A DNA stretch of 64,000 nt, from NCBI GenBank assembly GCA_012295275.1, contig CM022670.1, forward strand, positions 15,934,001-15,998,000, read 5' to 3'. Below, piece by piece: positions 11,787-26,277 of the stretch. The stretch is from Chrysomallon squamiferum. Taxonomy: Eukaryota > Animalia > Mollusca. Position 1 is the stretch's first letter. Each line of letters starts with the position of its first letter. Under the pieces are notes generated by a model. It was not told the origin of the DNA. It made no database searches and saw only the letters and a program-made list of their open reading frames with translations. A program made the translations under genes and the position numbers.

Positions 11787-14763
11787 TAAAACAAAAACAA
11801 AAAAAACAACAACAAACAAACAAACAAACAGAAAACCGCCACTACTCATATTTCATGATTTACCATTTGTTGCAGTTGTTCAAGCTTACATTGCAAGCGA
11901 GGTCAACGGAGGTGATGACCACGGTGATGAGATTAGTCTCAAGAGAGCTGCATGATAATGGGACTAATTTGTATAACATCCATGTGCAAAATATTAACAC
12001 AATATGTATTGATTAGCAGGCAAACATTTTCTCTGTTAATGTCTATACTCGTAGGGTTAGAGAAAGGCCACATGAGATTGTTGTCGGGTATGCTGTTGTG
12101 TCAAAGATTACTTGGTGGATGGATGAACTGGTGTGTTTCAGGGATAAACACAGCAGATGGTTGTTCACATTTCACAATGAGCATGCTGGAAGTTCTGTGT
12201 GTGCGTGCATGTATTGTAATTTGCAAATGTACATGTGATAGTGCATTAAATGCACATAGAAAGATACGGGCATAAAGAAAAAGACACTCAGATAAGATAA
12301 TTATGGAATCTACAGATTTACTATGAATATTGTAATTTGATGATTATTAGAATCTACATAGTTAGTTCGTATTTTGTAAATATGTGGATTTCATGTAGTT
12401 TGGCTATGTAACATTAGTAATTTCTGAAATGTAAATTGTTAACAAATGTAATATATACTTGCACTATTTTATAAAGAGCATTTCACAAAACAGTGATATT
12501 ACACACATACTTGTTAAAGGTGATGTGTAAATTAACTTCATGTTTGCAAGGGCAACATGTAGCTGATTGTATCTGATTGTGTATCAGTTTGTTGAAATGA
12601 AATTATTTGTCTTTGAAAGTAAAGTGTTTTACTGTATGCTTGCTGTGTAATGGAACAAAGTGGGGTTTTAATTTTTATTTATTTTGTCAACATGCTGTAC
12701 ATGTGATTAATTATCTTAGCTACTTCTTGTTTACTCAGACACAGCTTCTGTTGACCAATCTGGCCACCATTGTTTATGCAATCTGCTGTGTACAAAATAA
12801 TAATAGAAATCTATCACTTTATCACTCACACACACACACGGAGAGACCTGAAGTTGCAAGTTTCCAGTCTGTTTCGGGCCACAAAACAAATCATTTTCTG
12901 TCAAGAGGTCTCGCCATCTTGATCTTTCCCAATGAGATTGTCTGCTGGAATCAATAAAGTCCAATATGATGCAAAATTGTGGGGTGCACCATCACAAGAT
13001 GGAACATTTTCCGCAATTCTCTAATGTTGCAGAATTAGCCGGTTGGCAAATATTTGAACTGTGAAGCAATCTGCTGGGCATGTGATTGTTGCTCTCTCTG
13101 GCTATTGCTACAAGAATAGATAGTTATTAAATTACGGCCTCAGCCACTGTTCTCTGTTGATGTACTGTCTAATACTAATCGGCTGATGTCACCGAGTTAA
13201 TGGAGATGTCTTAAACATCAGTAGTAGTTCAATGAGTTCTTACAAACATTTACACACATGCAAAGATACACGCATATACACACTTGCAGATATGTGTAGA
13301 TACAGCCTACATACACAACACCCATACACATACACATACAAACATATACACACACACAAACACAATACTCATACACATGTACACACAGATACACACATAC
13401 ACACATAAACATATACACACAAAGTCAAAGCTTTCCTTTGTGTTTGTTGTTGATGTTTACCTTTCAGCTGAAACATTGCTCAAAGTTGTTCACTACATGA
13501 AAACTTCCAGACATTGTGTGTAGATTCTAAAGACATCTGTATTTTGTCAAATTAAACAATTTCCATTTTTTTTTTTTTGTGTCTCCTAAATGAATGAGGA
13601 ATAATAAGAAAGGCTGTGCAGTCAGTTTTTACAACAATTTCAGAAATGTTGTATGATAAAACATATTTTATGCTTCAAAGACTTTCGGTGGTCATCTTCA
13701 GATGCACTGATCCATGAAGCGTTTTGAGTAAATTATAGTGTCTTCTAAAGAAGACAAGTATTTAATTTTGTTACCCTCAAACTAACATGCTTAGTGTTAG
13801 GTGAACAAGGTCATTTTGTGAAGGAAGATTAGCAAAGAAACAGTCAGCCATGACTTCCTAATCCCCTCTCTTCATGAAAGGAAAGTAATATTTGTTTACC
13901 AACATTTTTGTTAAATACGATTCAGTTATGATAAGTAAAATATGACTGATTCATCACAAGTTCCTTTTTATGTCGCCATAGTGCATCGTTTAATTGCAAT
14001 TTTTAAATAATAAACGGTTTGAAATTGAAATAAATAAAAACAAAATAGTCATTATTTGAAATTAAAATAAGAAGTAAAAAATGACATGTCTATGAGAAAT
14101 AATTATTACTGACGTATAAAATTACACAAGTACGGCTCATGTTCTCTAATTTAAGGTCATCTTACTTTATTATGCAAAACATATGCAGAAAAATCATTAA
14201 AACTAAAACTCGGGGAGTCATTAAATAAGGTAATAACCCATTTATTCTATGGAAATTTAATTACTTTTCATCCATCGTATTTTTGGCTGCAAAATGTTAA
14301 TTGAAAAAATACAGCTATAAATTATAGAAAACATTTCAAGTTTGAAGTTTTATTACATCAGTGCAGGTTTTACATAATGCAATCCTTTCTCGTCTGATAC
14401 AGGGCTGTTCTGTGAAAACCATATGTGGTCTTATAGAAAATAGTATTATTCTTTTATTGCCAAAAATAGCAGCAGCCAACTGTTAATCTTTTCTAAAAAA
14501 ATAAAATAGTATTATTTTTTTTAAAATTGATATTTACAACAAAGAAAAAAAAATATAGAAAATAAAATAACAGAAATGCTTAAAAACTCCCAGACATTCT
14601 GAATTGAAGTTTGTAATAATGATGGAGAGGATAAATACAAACAGTATGTGGATTATTGAATTATATGTTTTACAAAGGCAGTCAAAATCATGCTGTTACA
14701 TAGAACATTAATTTATCAGTTTTGTAAGTAAAACATATTAGCAAAGTTTAATTAAACTGTTTC

Positions 14764-14794
<31 letters not shown>

Positions 14795-17700
14795 CTATAT
14801 CTCTGGTTATATGTTTGTGTCTTTTCTTGCTGGTAAAATTTGATTTTAAATTTTGAGATGATGATATATATACATATGTATCTTTATAATATAATATTTT
14901 AAGTAATATTAAATAAATGCTCAAAATATTTTTTAAAACATTCTCTGTCCAGTAGATTAATCAAAATTAAAAATGTCAAATAAAAATGTGTTAATGTTTA
15001 TTTATATGTCAGCTGTTATTGTGATATGAAGTCAAAAGATTGCCCATTAAAACTAATACAAATACAAAGTCAAAGTCAAAAAAAAAAACTGACTGAAGAG
15101 ATAATTTGAGGATAGTTTTTATAAAGATTAAAATAATATCTGAAGAAAAATATAGGACTGAAAAAAATTCTTTTGTTAGTAAAAGATGACACTTGTCAAA
15201 ATGTGGCATTCTGAAAAGAAACCTCTCTGCTTGAATAATTTCCACTGTTGACATTTCAGTGTGGTGGAGGGCAAACTGGTGCATGCTTTTTCAATTCACT
15301 GTTTATTGTACAAACTTAACTTGTGCACTCATCCCATTTGTTACAGCTTGTTGCCATAATTATGTTACCATCTAAGTCGTTATTCAGTTTTTGTTCCCAG
15401 TAATGTGCTGAATGGCTTTTTAAAATCACCTGCTAGTCGTAACCTCTATGGTTGTGTTTGGAAAATGATTAGATATTCAATATGGATACATGTTCATGTT
15501 TTGATTGCTTTAAGTAAGTTTTGTTTTATTTTATAATTTAAAATTTAAAAAAAAAAAAAAAAATGTTTTGTTTGTTTTTTTATTCTGGATATAGAATGTT
15601 CTGTTCCATTTGTGGTTCATCTTCTTATGTTTAAAAAAATAATTTTTTGGTTTTTATATATAACAAATTACATAAGTTACCCCTATATTTGTACCATACT
15701 TTGTGTTGCATTCACATCATTTTTTCACAAATTTTGATTATTTATTAAAAACATATCCCATGTTTCACTGACATTCTCCACTGATTTATTTAATAAAATC
15801 ATTAAGATTACATCTGGCATATTTTAATATCTAATGTAATCATCTAGTGACATCTTGCTGGCAGAAAACAAATGGCTCATGACACTTGCTGGATTGAAAA
15901 AAACTCATAACAACTTTGTAATATATTTATGAAACATACAGATGGAGAGTGGGAGAAACAAAATACATGGTTTAATATTATTTCCTGTGAATCTTCCAAT
16001 CACTTAATTTCATCAGCATGAGGACATAATCATTATTGCACTGTAGAAAATAAGAAACGCCATGGTTCATAAATAAAATAAAATGATAATTTTAACTGAA
16101 AAAAATTATTTTAATTGAAAATTCTTTATGAAGAATATTATTATAAAATCACTGATTAAAACTGAAAGCTCAAGAAAAGCCTTTTAAACATAAATACATC
16201 AAATATATATATATATATATATATTCATATATATATATATATATATATATTCATATGTGTTTGTGAGTGTATATGTATGTTAATGTGTGTGTTTGTAGAT
16301 TACAACTGTTAGAAATATGAGAAGTTTCAGTAGTAAGGTTGTCTTCCTGGTAAATCAGAAAACTTTAAGCAACAAATTATAAAAGATAAATGTGATAAGG
16401 AAAGAAAGAGGAGGCCTGGCAGGGTGAGGGTGCTGTGCTGACTCTGGGGCTTGGCGTTGTCACTCAGAAGTGGCTTTATTTTTACACCCCTGCTGCTTCC
16501 AGTTAGGATAACCTCACCGCTAACGAACCTGGAGCTAACAGATCCACCTATTTTAAGAAGTCTGATATATAAAGTATTAGACTTTTTAGAAGAAATTGCC
16601 TGCCATGTCTTGATGCTGATAGAGAGAGAGAGTTTGCAAAGTGGAGATGTATGTTGCAGTTCCATCAGCAACAGATAGCATCACCTCTTGTCAGAATGTC
16701 ACTAGTTTATCAGCCGTTTATAAACAGATATGTTAGTGACATGTGCACAGGGACACACACTGGCCTGCATCTGTTGTTGCTTGCAAATATCAACTTTAAA
16801 GAAAACTTGTTAGTTTTGAATAAAAAAGAAATTTGTTGTGCTGCTATATTGTGTGATATCATCCATTGTTGAAGTTACTTGATGAAATTGAACTCATCCT
16901 GTTCATGTTGCCAATGTGAAACTTTCTTAGTTTGCTATATAGCTTTCACTTTATTTTGTTACGTAACTCAATACTTTGCTGATCATAAAGTATGACAATA
17001 ATAAAACTTGTTCATGAGATGCTATAGTGTCAGATATTTTCCTTTGTTTTATTCTATAATTCTGCAGACAAAAATATTTAATAAACCTGTATGTTTTTCA
17101 GATTTACTTGGTCAGTTGATCTTTAAAATATTTTATTTTTGAAAAGGGAAACGTGGCAAATAAATACACATTTGTTCATTCTTTTTCTTTTGTCTTACTT
17201 TATTATCAGCAAAGTTTGTTATTATGATTCAAATAAAACAATTACTTCAAAGCATGTAAGACAAACTGTAAACAGTTATCGACCGTCTGATCACATTAAT
17301 GTATTTATCTTTCTCTTTTGTTATTGTTACTAACTACAAATGAAAAAAAAAAAATCAAACTATCAAACTGACTTCTCAAACGAAAGCTGGACTGAGTAAA
17401 CGGATCTGTTACACTAATCAGCACATCTTCTTTATTTGATGAGTTTATTGCACTGGATGAAGTCCATGCTAAACACATCAGCCTGTGAGGTATTAAATAA
17501 AAAAATAAAATAATGTACACGGAGTGGATCATCTGAATGACAGGTGAATTACACGCAGGTTTTAACTCAGGTATGTGGCAGGTTTATCGCCAGCTGCGAC
17601 ATGCAGTATCCAATCAAAGTGGCAGAGCTGCTCACTGTTTTCAGGTGGCACTATCAGTAGTATCTGAGACCGAATACTGTGATAGGTTTACTGAACCCAG

Positions 17701-18925
17701 ATCATCATCTAGATCTGGATCTTTTTACCTCACTGGTCATCGGAGTAACAGAGTGGAACAGGAGACATCACACCCTGCCTTTAGAGCAAACTGTCTACAC
17801 AGAATGCGTTAGTTTTCTGGTGTGTTTTCACCTTTTTTTATAAATTTAAAAAAAAATATGGCATGTTTTTTAAAAAATATAAATATTATTTTTAAAGAAC
17901 AAACATGTTTTGTTTTTTTCATCACTGATCAAATTGAAGTAACTAAGAAAAACAGGAGAGAAAACACACCCAGATTGTACTGCAAATAGTCTTCATGGAA
18001 TATGTTGGTTTTTTTTGTTGTTTCTTTTTACTTTTTTTATACTGTTTAAAATACATTATATTAGATTTTATCAGTTTGTTATTTTTCTAAATATGTATCT
18101 GTTACAGAATGATATCAGGTTCACCAGGAATAATTAAGTTGATACTAGACAGGCAATTTTTTTTTTGCTTTCTTTAATAATCTACTGGCATTAAAAACTC
18201 ATAAATAATTTATGAAAAAAAACCTGCATTTCTAAGAAGTCAACATTTTCTTTTATAGCAACTATTTTTTTCTATTCTTAATATTTTCTATTTTTTTATT
18301 ATTTCCTTCTTTGTTTCTATGGTTGTTGTTTTTTTGGGGGGTTGGGAGGGGTTTTTAATTTAAAAAAAATTAAAATCCTTTTACAAGTTTTTGCTCAATA
18401 TATTTTCAAATTTGTTAAAACCTTGTTCCATATACAAAATAACTTCATAAAGATTACAAACCAAGCAGTTTTTGTCTTATTTAGACTCTATGAAGATTAT
18501 TCAGCTCTTTCCATGCTTTACTTTGATAGGAATCTTTCAAGCAAAGTGTAAATATTTCTGTCTGTGATGGTTATCAAGCAGGCAGATACTGGTCATATTT
18601 AATGGGTGTTTGTTTAATAAGAACAGGCTGTGTCTTTTCTGAGTGGGTTTTATCCTCTTATTTTGAGCCCAACTCCATTAGTAATCTTATTATATTTACT
18701 GGAGATATTTTGTTTGTCCAAACTTCCAGGATGCCCTTTGAACATCAGCAGGAGATCATCCAGTCTTCTACAGCTCTCATAGAAACAAAAGAACAGTGTT
18801 GTTACTTGTTGGATTACCTCCCTTAGCCACTTTTCTATAACTACAGAGTTTTCTGCATTCCTCACCATTTCCAATTTTGTCTTTAGTTCCCCAGTAAAAA
18901 CCTTTGAGTGTGGCAGTCACCACAC

Positions 18926-18975
18926 AGCAGTGTTCAGTAAAAACAGCAGTGTTCAGTAAAAATAGCAGTGTCAGG
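18926..18975. repeat. Short tandem duplication (cagcagtgttcagtaaaaa, ~2.5 copies)
   Basis: Visible directly. Confidence 0.85.
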
Positions 18976-19644
18976 TCTTCTAGAAAGTCTGAACTTCACG
19001 GTTATTGGCTTTGTTTTTGTTATTATTATTTTGTTGGTTTTGATGTTGTTGTTGTTGTTGTTATGGTGACTTGCTTTTGTCATGAAAATACAGGAATATC
19101 ATTATATAATTCACTGACTGAGAACTAATAGATAAGATTGAATCTTGCTCTGTTGTCCATAAATATTAATTTAAATATGTGGTTTTGATACAATCATGTT
19201 TTTTTTTACTGAATTTTCCAAAACTTTAAAAAAACTGAATCCTTATAGATTTTCATATAAAATCTAAAAGAAATAGAATATTTTTTAAAATTCTAAGCAC
19301 CAACAGTTATTTGAAACTAACCTCAGAGCGTATTTTTATGCCTGTTTTTAGATATCTAGCAGGATGTTCTGGTGATTCCATTCACAAACACCTGAGAAGG
19401 TTTTCTTGACCACTGATAATAGTCAGTAAACATGGCCCTCAGGTGATCAGAGGTTCTCTGACATTGGCATGTTGAGAAAAGCAGACTGCTATCTGACCAC
19501 TGAGTCTGTTAGAAGTGTTTAGCCATGTTGGAGGTGGTTGGCTGGCAATTAGCTTCCAATCTCAGGCTGGAAACATTTGCACCTACAAACCTAAGATTAA
19601 GCCACTTACATTTCCAGATAGAAAAATCACCTGGTTTTCCCTTT

Positions 19645-19675
<31 letters not shown>

Positions 19676-20749
19676 CATTTTAAATATGAAAAATCATCTG
19701 TTTTTTTTTTTTTTTTTTTTTTTTCCTTTAATTTGTTTGTTTATGTTTTTGTTTTCTTTATGAAGAGACAAATATCCTGGTCTTTTGATTTGACTTTTTA
19801 AATTTTGTTTCCTTTTTATCTTTTTATTTGATTTTATAGCTTTTTTTCTAATTCTCTATTGTCATTTTTCTTTGGAGCATGAAAAAATCAAATGTAGTTT
19901 TAAGTATTACAAATGTTTGTTTTTTTACATTTTAAAATATATCGATTTTTATTTTTATTTTTATTTTTTATAAAGTTGATTTTAGAGAATATTATATTTT
20001 TTTTAATGGAATTTTCTTTACCATAAAAAAATAATTCAACAAGATAGACATACACTGTAAACTATTGACTGTTGTTTCTCAATATCCTTGACTTGAAATT
20101 TAATTAAATTTTTTATATTTATATATATATATATAAAAATGCTACATTTTAACATTTTTATGGTCATAATAAAATATATTCTTCTCATAGTTGTTTATTA
20201 TAATTAAGTTTGTTACCAGCTTGCAAAACCAACAGCTGTCAGCTCAGAGGCTATTGATTTGTAAGTTATCAAAATCACATCATTATTCTAAAAACCCAGA
20301 AACAGCTTGAGTTTATTCTATACTATTACCAGCTGAAAAAGAAAGAAAAAAAATAGTCTTCAATTGTTGCTCTAGGTATGTGCATCATCGTTATGGTGTG
20401 TTTTTTTTTAAAATTATTTTGTCTTTGAGTTTCAAAGCTTCACTTTAACAGCATGCCCAAGGCTTTTCTATTCAGAATGAGATATCATTACTTGTTCTTT
20501 TTTAACTATTATTTTCTTACTTTTTTTTTTTTTTTCTTCTTATTATTTTTCATATTATTGTTATCATTATTATTATTAGCGGCATAATTATTATTATAAT
20601 TATTATTTATTACTGTTATTAGTTATTGTGTTTTTATGATTGTTTTTACCATTATTATAATTTTTGTTTTTGTTGTTATTGTTACTGTATTATTATTGTT
20701 ATTATTATTTTTGTTATTATTATTATTTAATTACTGTTATCATTTTTGC

Positions 20750-20795
<46 letters not shown>

Positions 20796-23700
20796 TTTTT
20801 TTTTTTTTTTTTTTGATTGAGCTATACATCTCTGATTAAGTCAGAAATAGCTGTATGGAAACTAGCATGACTCACATGTCCTTTGAATATGTGATCTTGT
20901 TAACACTGAAAAGAATATCAAAGAAACTGAGGCAAATATTTCAGTTATTATTTATGAAGTTAGCGACATTTTGTGCAAAAACCAGACATTTTTTAATTAT
21001 AGCTTTGAGGCATAATGTGAGCGAATGAAAGAAAAATGTCCCTGCATTGAGCTCATTTTTATATCTTATTTAAACACTTGTTCCTTTGAAACACCATTTT
21101 CTAGAACATACCATGCGTGATAAAACAATGAACACAAAATATCACCAATATTCTTGAGGAACTTTCTTGAGGAGTAACTGTTTTGTTACATTTTTTTTTT
21201 CTTTTTTTTTTTTTTTTTTTTTTTTTTTTGACCAGAAGTATGACAGTAGTACACACCATGCCAAGATGATGAAAATTGAAATAATTACAAATTCTGTGAA
21301 GATAACGTTTACAATTCTCACATGACCATGAAAAAGAGATTAGTTTAAATTTTTAATTGCTTGTCATGGTCAGTGTGGGTTTTTGTTTACATTATTAATT
21401 CACGTTTTCAATACTTTAAAGAAACTGAATACTTATGATACGTCTTTGGTTACCTGCTGACTTGTGTGTGTTTTAGTTAGACATGACAAGGGGAGTCCTG
21501 TTTTAAACAAACTGATGTGATACTGAATTAAGACTTGATTGACTCCCAGCTAGCAATGAGAATATTAGCCACTGGGGTTCTTTATGTGATTGCTTTTTAC
21601 AATTACCCGTCCCTAGGTGGCCTTGTGGAAAAAGGGGTGAAAAAAATGTCTTTGTTGTCAGTAAAGTCATTATTTGACGTTACTGCTTGTATCATATTAT
21701 ACTCATGTTTACCGATTTTTAAGAAGATAATGAAATTTCAGGCAGTGTAATTATATACAAAGAATGAAAATAAAAGCATGATCTGAATTCATTTACAAAT
21801 TCTAAAGTTATATAAAAAAAAAAAAAAAAAAGTTATTTCAGTCATTTGAATGTATCGATAAAAATCACAGAAATGTGTTTGTGACTTCACTGAAGCTGGT
21901 GTCTTTGTTATTAGTAGTGTTAATTTTTCATAGTTCTGAAATATATATATATATATATATATTCATTTCTTTAATCTTATTTATTCTTTTTGTTGACAAT
22001 AATAAAGTATATAAACTAAAAAACAAAGAATGAAAGAAGAAATAAGCAAATATAAAATAAATAAATAAATAAATAAAAAGGTTAATTTTGCAGCCACACA
22101 CAGAGGTGTTTTGTGTTGAGATTTTATTCAGAATACAACTTCAGTTTGATTTGTTGTTGTGTGATGAGAAAAGATAAACAGCAAACTTTGACACAAAATC
22201 AACCATTGCTTTCTGGTAGTATTATGACCTGTTGGCTCAGTGAGTGGTAAGCTGAGTTAGTGGATCAGTAAACAGAATGATACTCAGTCTTGCTCCTCAG
22301 TCTATCACTGGTCACAAAGTTTTGTGACATCAGTTCAAACTTCACTAGAAAACCTCCACCTAGAGAACCATGCATTCTTTCAAACTTAGCTTTCCTTGGC
22401 AAATGTGAACTGTATTTACAATTTCACTGATTGGTTCATAGATTGTTTTCTGGTTTTAACCAAAGCTAAATGTGTTTGATGTCCTCTTCTCCTGCATGTT
22501 TGTGAACACCTTGACTGCAGGATGGATGTTAGGTCAGTTTATTTATTTATTTTTTGAATGTACACCTGGGCAAAAGTTAAACATCCAATTTTATTATGAA
22601 CTCTTAAGTTGGTTTCTGTCACCTGAATATCTCTAGATATGTTACTACACAGAGTTCATTAATTTTATATATATATATATATAATCACTAACTCTTTGCT
22701 GCCTATTCCTGACACTAGTGATAATACTACTACTCAGATACATTCTCAGTTGTAGTGAAAATAAGACCAGACCCCTAAAAACATTGCTGTCAAGAATCAC
22801 AGGAGTTAGCTATCTTGATTTTCAAAGTACAAGAACACCATAGAGAATCAAACAAGGTTAATATACTTCAAACTGATGTCTGTATTTAAAGTATTATGGA
22901 AATAGCAGAAATTGAAAATAGAGCCTTTATTTTTGTAGAAAATTTTATTATGTGTTACCAAAATTACTAATTTCACTTTGAAACATTGGTTCTGTGATGA
23001 TGGTTTTAAAAAAAAAAAAAAAAAAAAATTATTATTATTATTATTATTATTATTATAAAATCAGATGCAAAAGATGTGGTATGATGCATATATCACTAGT
23101 GTGGTATAATACACACCAGTATATATCACCTCAGTGTGCTGTTATCTCAGACAGGGCAGATTGTAAAAGAAGCAGACATGTAAGTAAAATGTAATAAATT
23201 CACTTGAGCAGACGGTAATTGCACACAGACATTGATTGACACACCCATTTAACCATCATGTCTCTCCTGCACTCTCTCAAGTCTGTATATTTTTCAAGAT
23301 AATCACATCAGGAGAAAAAAGTGAAATCAGGGGTAAAAAGAGGAAAAAGCAGTAATTTGTATTTACTTCTCTATTAAACACAGACACCAAATTTTTTTTT
23401 TTTTTTTTTTTCTCATTTTTTTTTTTTTAAAGAAAGAGAGATTCAGAGATATGGGTATTTATTTCAAACATCTTTTTTAGTTTTACAATCAATAATTACT
23501 TTCTTTTTTTAATTCAAAATAATTATTTCTTTATTCTCATAAACAAACATTTTTAGATTATTTTTTTTTTCCTTGTAGTTTTTGACAAATGATCCTTCCC
23601 AGCCACTGCTTAATTAATAGTGATAGGCTTTCTGTTTATGAGAAGGTACATATGCTATCTGGTAAAGTTTATCCTTGGTTTCTTTTCTCGTCATATTTAA

Positions 23701-24039
23701 AGAATCAGTTCTTTGTTTGATGGAATTTTTATAGTCTTTACATAGTTTATGTAAGATGATAAAAATTTAATGTCATGTTAAATATTGATTAATCTACATG
23801 TTTTTGATAAATAAAATTCTTCTCTATGTATATGATTAAGTATATTTAATATAAATGTGATTAGCATAACTATGTACTATATATATATAAAAATATGAGA
23901 CAACTATTTGATTTTTAAATCATTAAATTATTGTGTCTGTAAATTTTGTCTTCCATTTTGTTAAAAATACTGCTTTCTTGTTTCTTTAATTATTGAGTGA
24001 CAAATACTCTTCTGTAAATGATTCTTTATCTCTATTTCT

Positions 24040-24470
24040 AAAAAAAAAATTATTTAACAAATAAATAATCTGTTTTCTTCAATTTGTGAAAAAACTATTT
24101 CTTTACTTTTTATTTTTATTTATACATTAGTTACAAATAAATAAAATAATTTCCCCTGTTTTTATTTCTTTGCTGTCTATTTAATTATTTTCATTGTTAC
24201 AAATCTATAATCAGTTTCCCCATATTTGTAAAAAAAATATTGCTTTTTGGTTCCTTTGATACATTCATTATACATTGTTCAAATAAATAACCTGTTTTAT
24301 TTATTCTGCTCTCAGTTTGTGAAATATTGCTTTCTTTGCTGTCTATTTAATTATTTCTACATTAGTTACAAATAAATAACCTGTTTCATCTGTATCTGAT
24401 TCTTCTGTCAATTTGTAAAAAAAAAAAAAAAAAAAAATTGCTGTCTTTCCTGTTTGTTACATAACTTCTC
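24040..24470. repeat. Degenerate tandem repeat (...ttagttacaaataaataacctgttt...tttgtgaaa...tttctttgctgtctatttaattattt)
   Basis: caaataaataa recurs at ~24058, 24135, 24280 and 24368. tttgctgtctatttaattattt occurs twice. Confidence 0.7.
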
Positions 24471-24569
24471 ACTGGCAAAGACATTTTTTTGCCTCATGCC
24501 TCCAGGTTTTGATAAAAAACAAAAAAAAAAAACCCCTGAAAGACCAAAAAAAAAAAATGGTGCATTCTT

Positions 24570-25084
24570 GATATTATTTCCACATCACATGAAATGAACC
24601 AGACCCCTGCAGCTACCATTCACTCCCTATCAAATGTGCCAGCACCACGCCGTTGTTGTTGATCACTCTGTGTGTGCCGTGTGCTGCAAATAAACTGTCG
24701 TTTTTATTGACAAGCGTCAAGCCTATTATTAACTACTTAATGAACACGGGATATGGTTGCAAAAGTGTGAAATCTGCAGCATTGGAATTATCCGATGTGT
24801 TAAATTTGATTATTTGACTCGAAATTGACTTTGATAGACATGCTAACTGCCGACAATTGATAAATGGACTTGGTAAAAGAGCTGGGGATGTTGGCGGGCT
24901 GTGAAAGACGAAGCTGTTGAAATGCGCAGCGGAGTGACAGGGTCTGACGACGTCAGCAGAGCGACTAAATGGCAGGATGTTGAACAAGTGACTGCTTCTT
25001 TTATGGTCACCGCAGACTTTTGTGACATTCTCGCCTGATCCCTTCAAAGAAAACAGTTTCCGTTACTCTCCGTTTTTATTATAA

Positions 25085-25085
<1 letters not shown>
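24570..25085. promoter_or_regulatory. CpG-retaining enhancer/CNE-like element
   Basis: Appears by eye to have the highest local CpG and GC content in the window, with no credible ORF. It carries TCF-like CTTTGAT and CTTCAAAG, Pbx/Hox-like TGATAAATGG, Cdx/posterior-Hox TTTTATGG, TGACAG and GACGTCA words. Confidence 0.55.
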
Positions 25086-25118
<33 letters not shown>

Positions 25119-25453
25119 TAACTTTATGCAATTTGTTTTAAAGGATAAACTGCTTGAAAATGGATTACAAAGAGATTTTTCATTTTTTTTTTTTTTTTTT
25201 TTTTTTATATATAATATATTTATATACAGAATAATCAGGTATAGAAATTAATAAAAAAAAATGATTTTATCCCCCCAAAAACATGTTTTTTTCTTCTTTT
25301 TCTTTTTTTTATGTTCAGAGCAGGATGGTACTACAGAAATTTTAAAAACAAAACGTGTGTTATGTGGCTTTGAGTAAACATCACTTGTTCTGTCACTTAG
25401 CTGACTGTTTCATCCACATTTTGTCTTACATACAACCAACAGTTCAAATCACT

Positions 25454-25486
<33 letters not shown>

Positions 25487-26144
25487 CACAGTTCATATAG
25501 ATAAAAGTCTTTGTTGAATATATCTGTTAAAATTTTATATACATTGACAGTCCTAAAATATACCTGATTCTAATTCGGTTATTGATTCTTAAAGAAAATA
25601 ATTTCAGAACATTTTGTGTTTTTTTCATTTGTTTGTGATTGATTAGAATATACAGACTGCTGTTAGAGAGATTTTGAACAGATTTTTGAAATAATAGTTC
25701 AAAATTAAGTAAATATATAATTTAGTTAAAATGATGCTTTTATAATACTTGTTAAACACTGCATACTGTTAAATACATTTGTCTGTGTGTATTTATATTT
25801 GGTGTGTTTATTTAAACATGTATGCAGTGTGTGTCTAATTGTAATGACATAAAACACCAGTAAAAAGGTAAAAATAATTAATGTTACATACACATATACA
25901 CAATGACATACACATATTCACTGAACACACACAGCCTTTCAAAAATACTGACACTTTTGTATACACCCTTACATACAAATCATTACACATACACATACAC
26001 AAATTCATATACTTTCATACATCCATACACATATATTTACAGTCACACAAATGTATACATTTATACACATTTACACACATATACACTCATACATGTTCAC
26101 ATTCACTCTCTGTCTTTGCATACACACATACATTCTTGTATAGT

Positions 26145-26146
<2 letters not shown>

Positions 26147-26193
<47 letters not shown>

Positions 26194-26196
26194 CCC

Positions 26197-26275
<79 letters not shown>
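26147..26275. repeat. (CT)n microsatellite
   Basis: Near-perfect run of ~130 bp. Confidence 0.98.

Positions 26276-26277
<2 letters not shown>

Noticed and set aside
16327-16872. Overlapping ORFs on both strands
   Set aside because: No protein-like features or splice signals. This is typical of a GC-richer non-coding block.
22161-22255. Possible C/D snoRNA (GTGATGA...CTGA, ~95 nt)
   Set aside because: No terminal stem and no identifiable antisense element. These words are common in this sequence.
24733-25047. 104-aa minus-strand ORF in the CpG-rich block
   Set aside because: Non-ATG start, no recognisable domain and no splice signals. Higher local GC explains the open frame.
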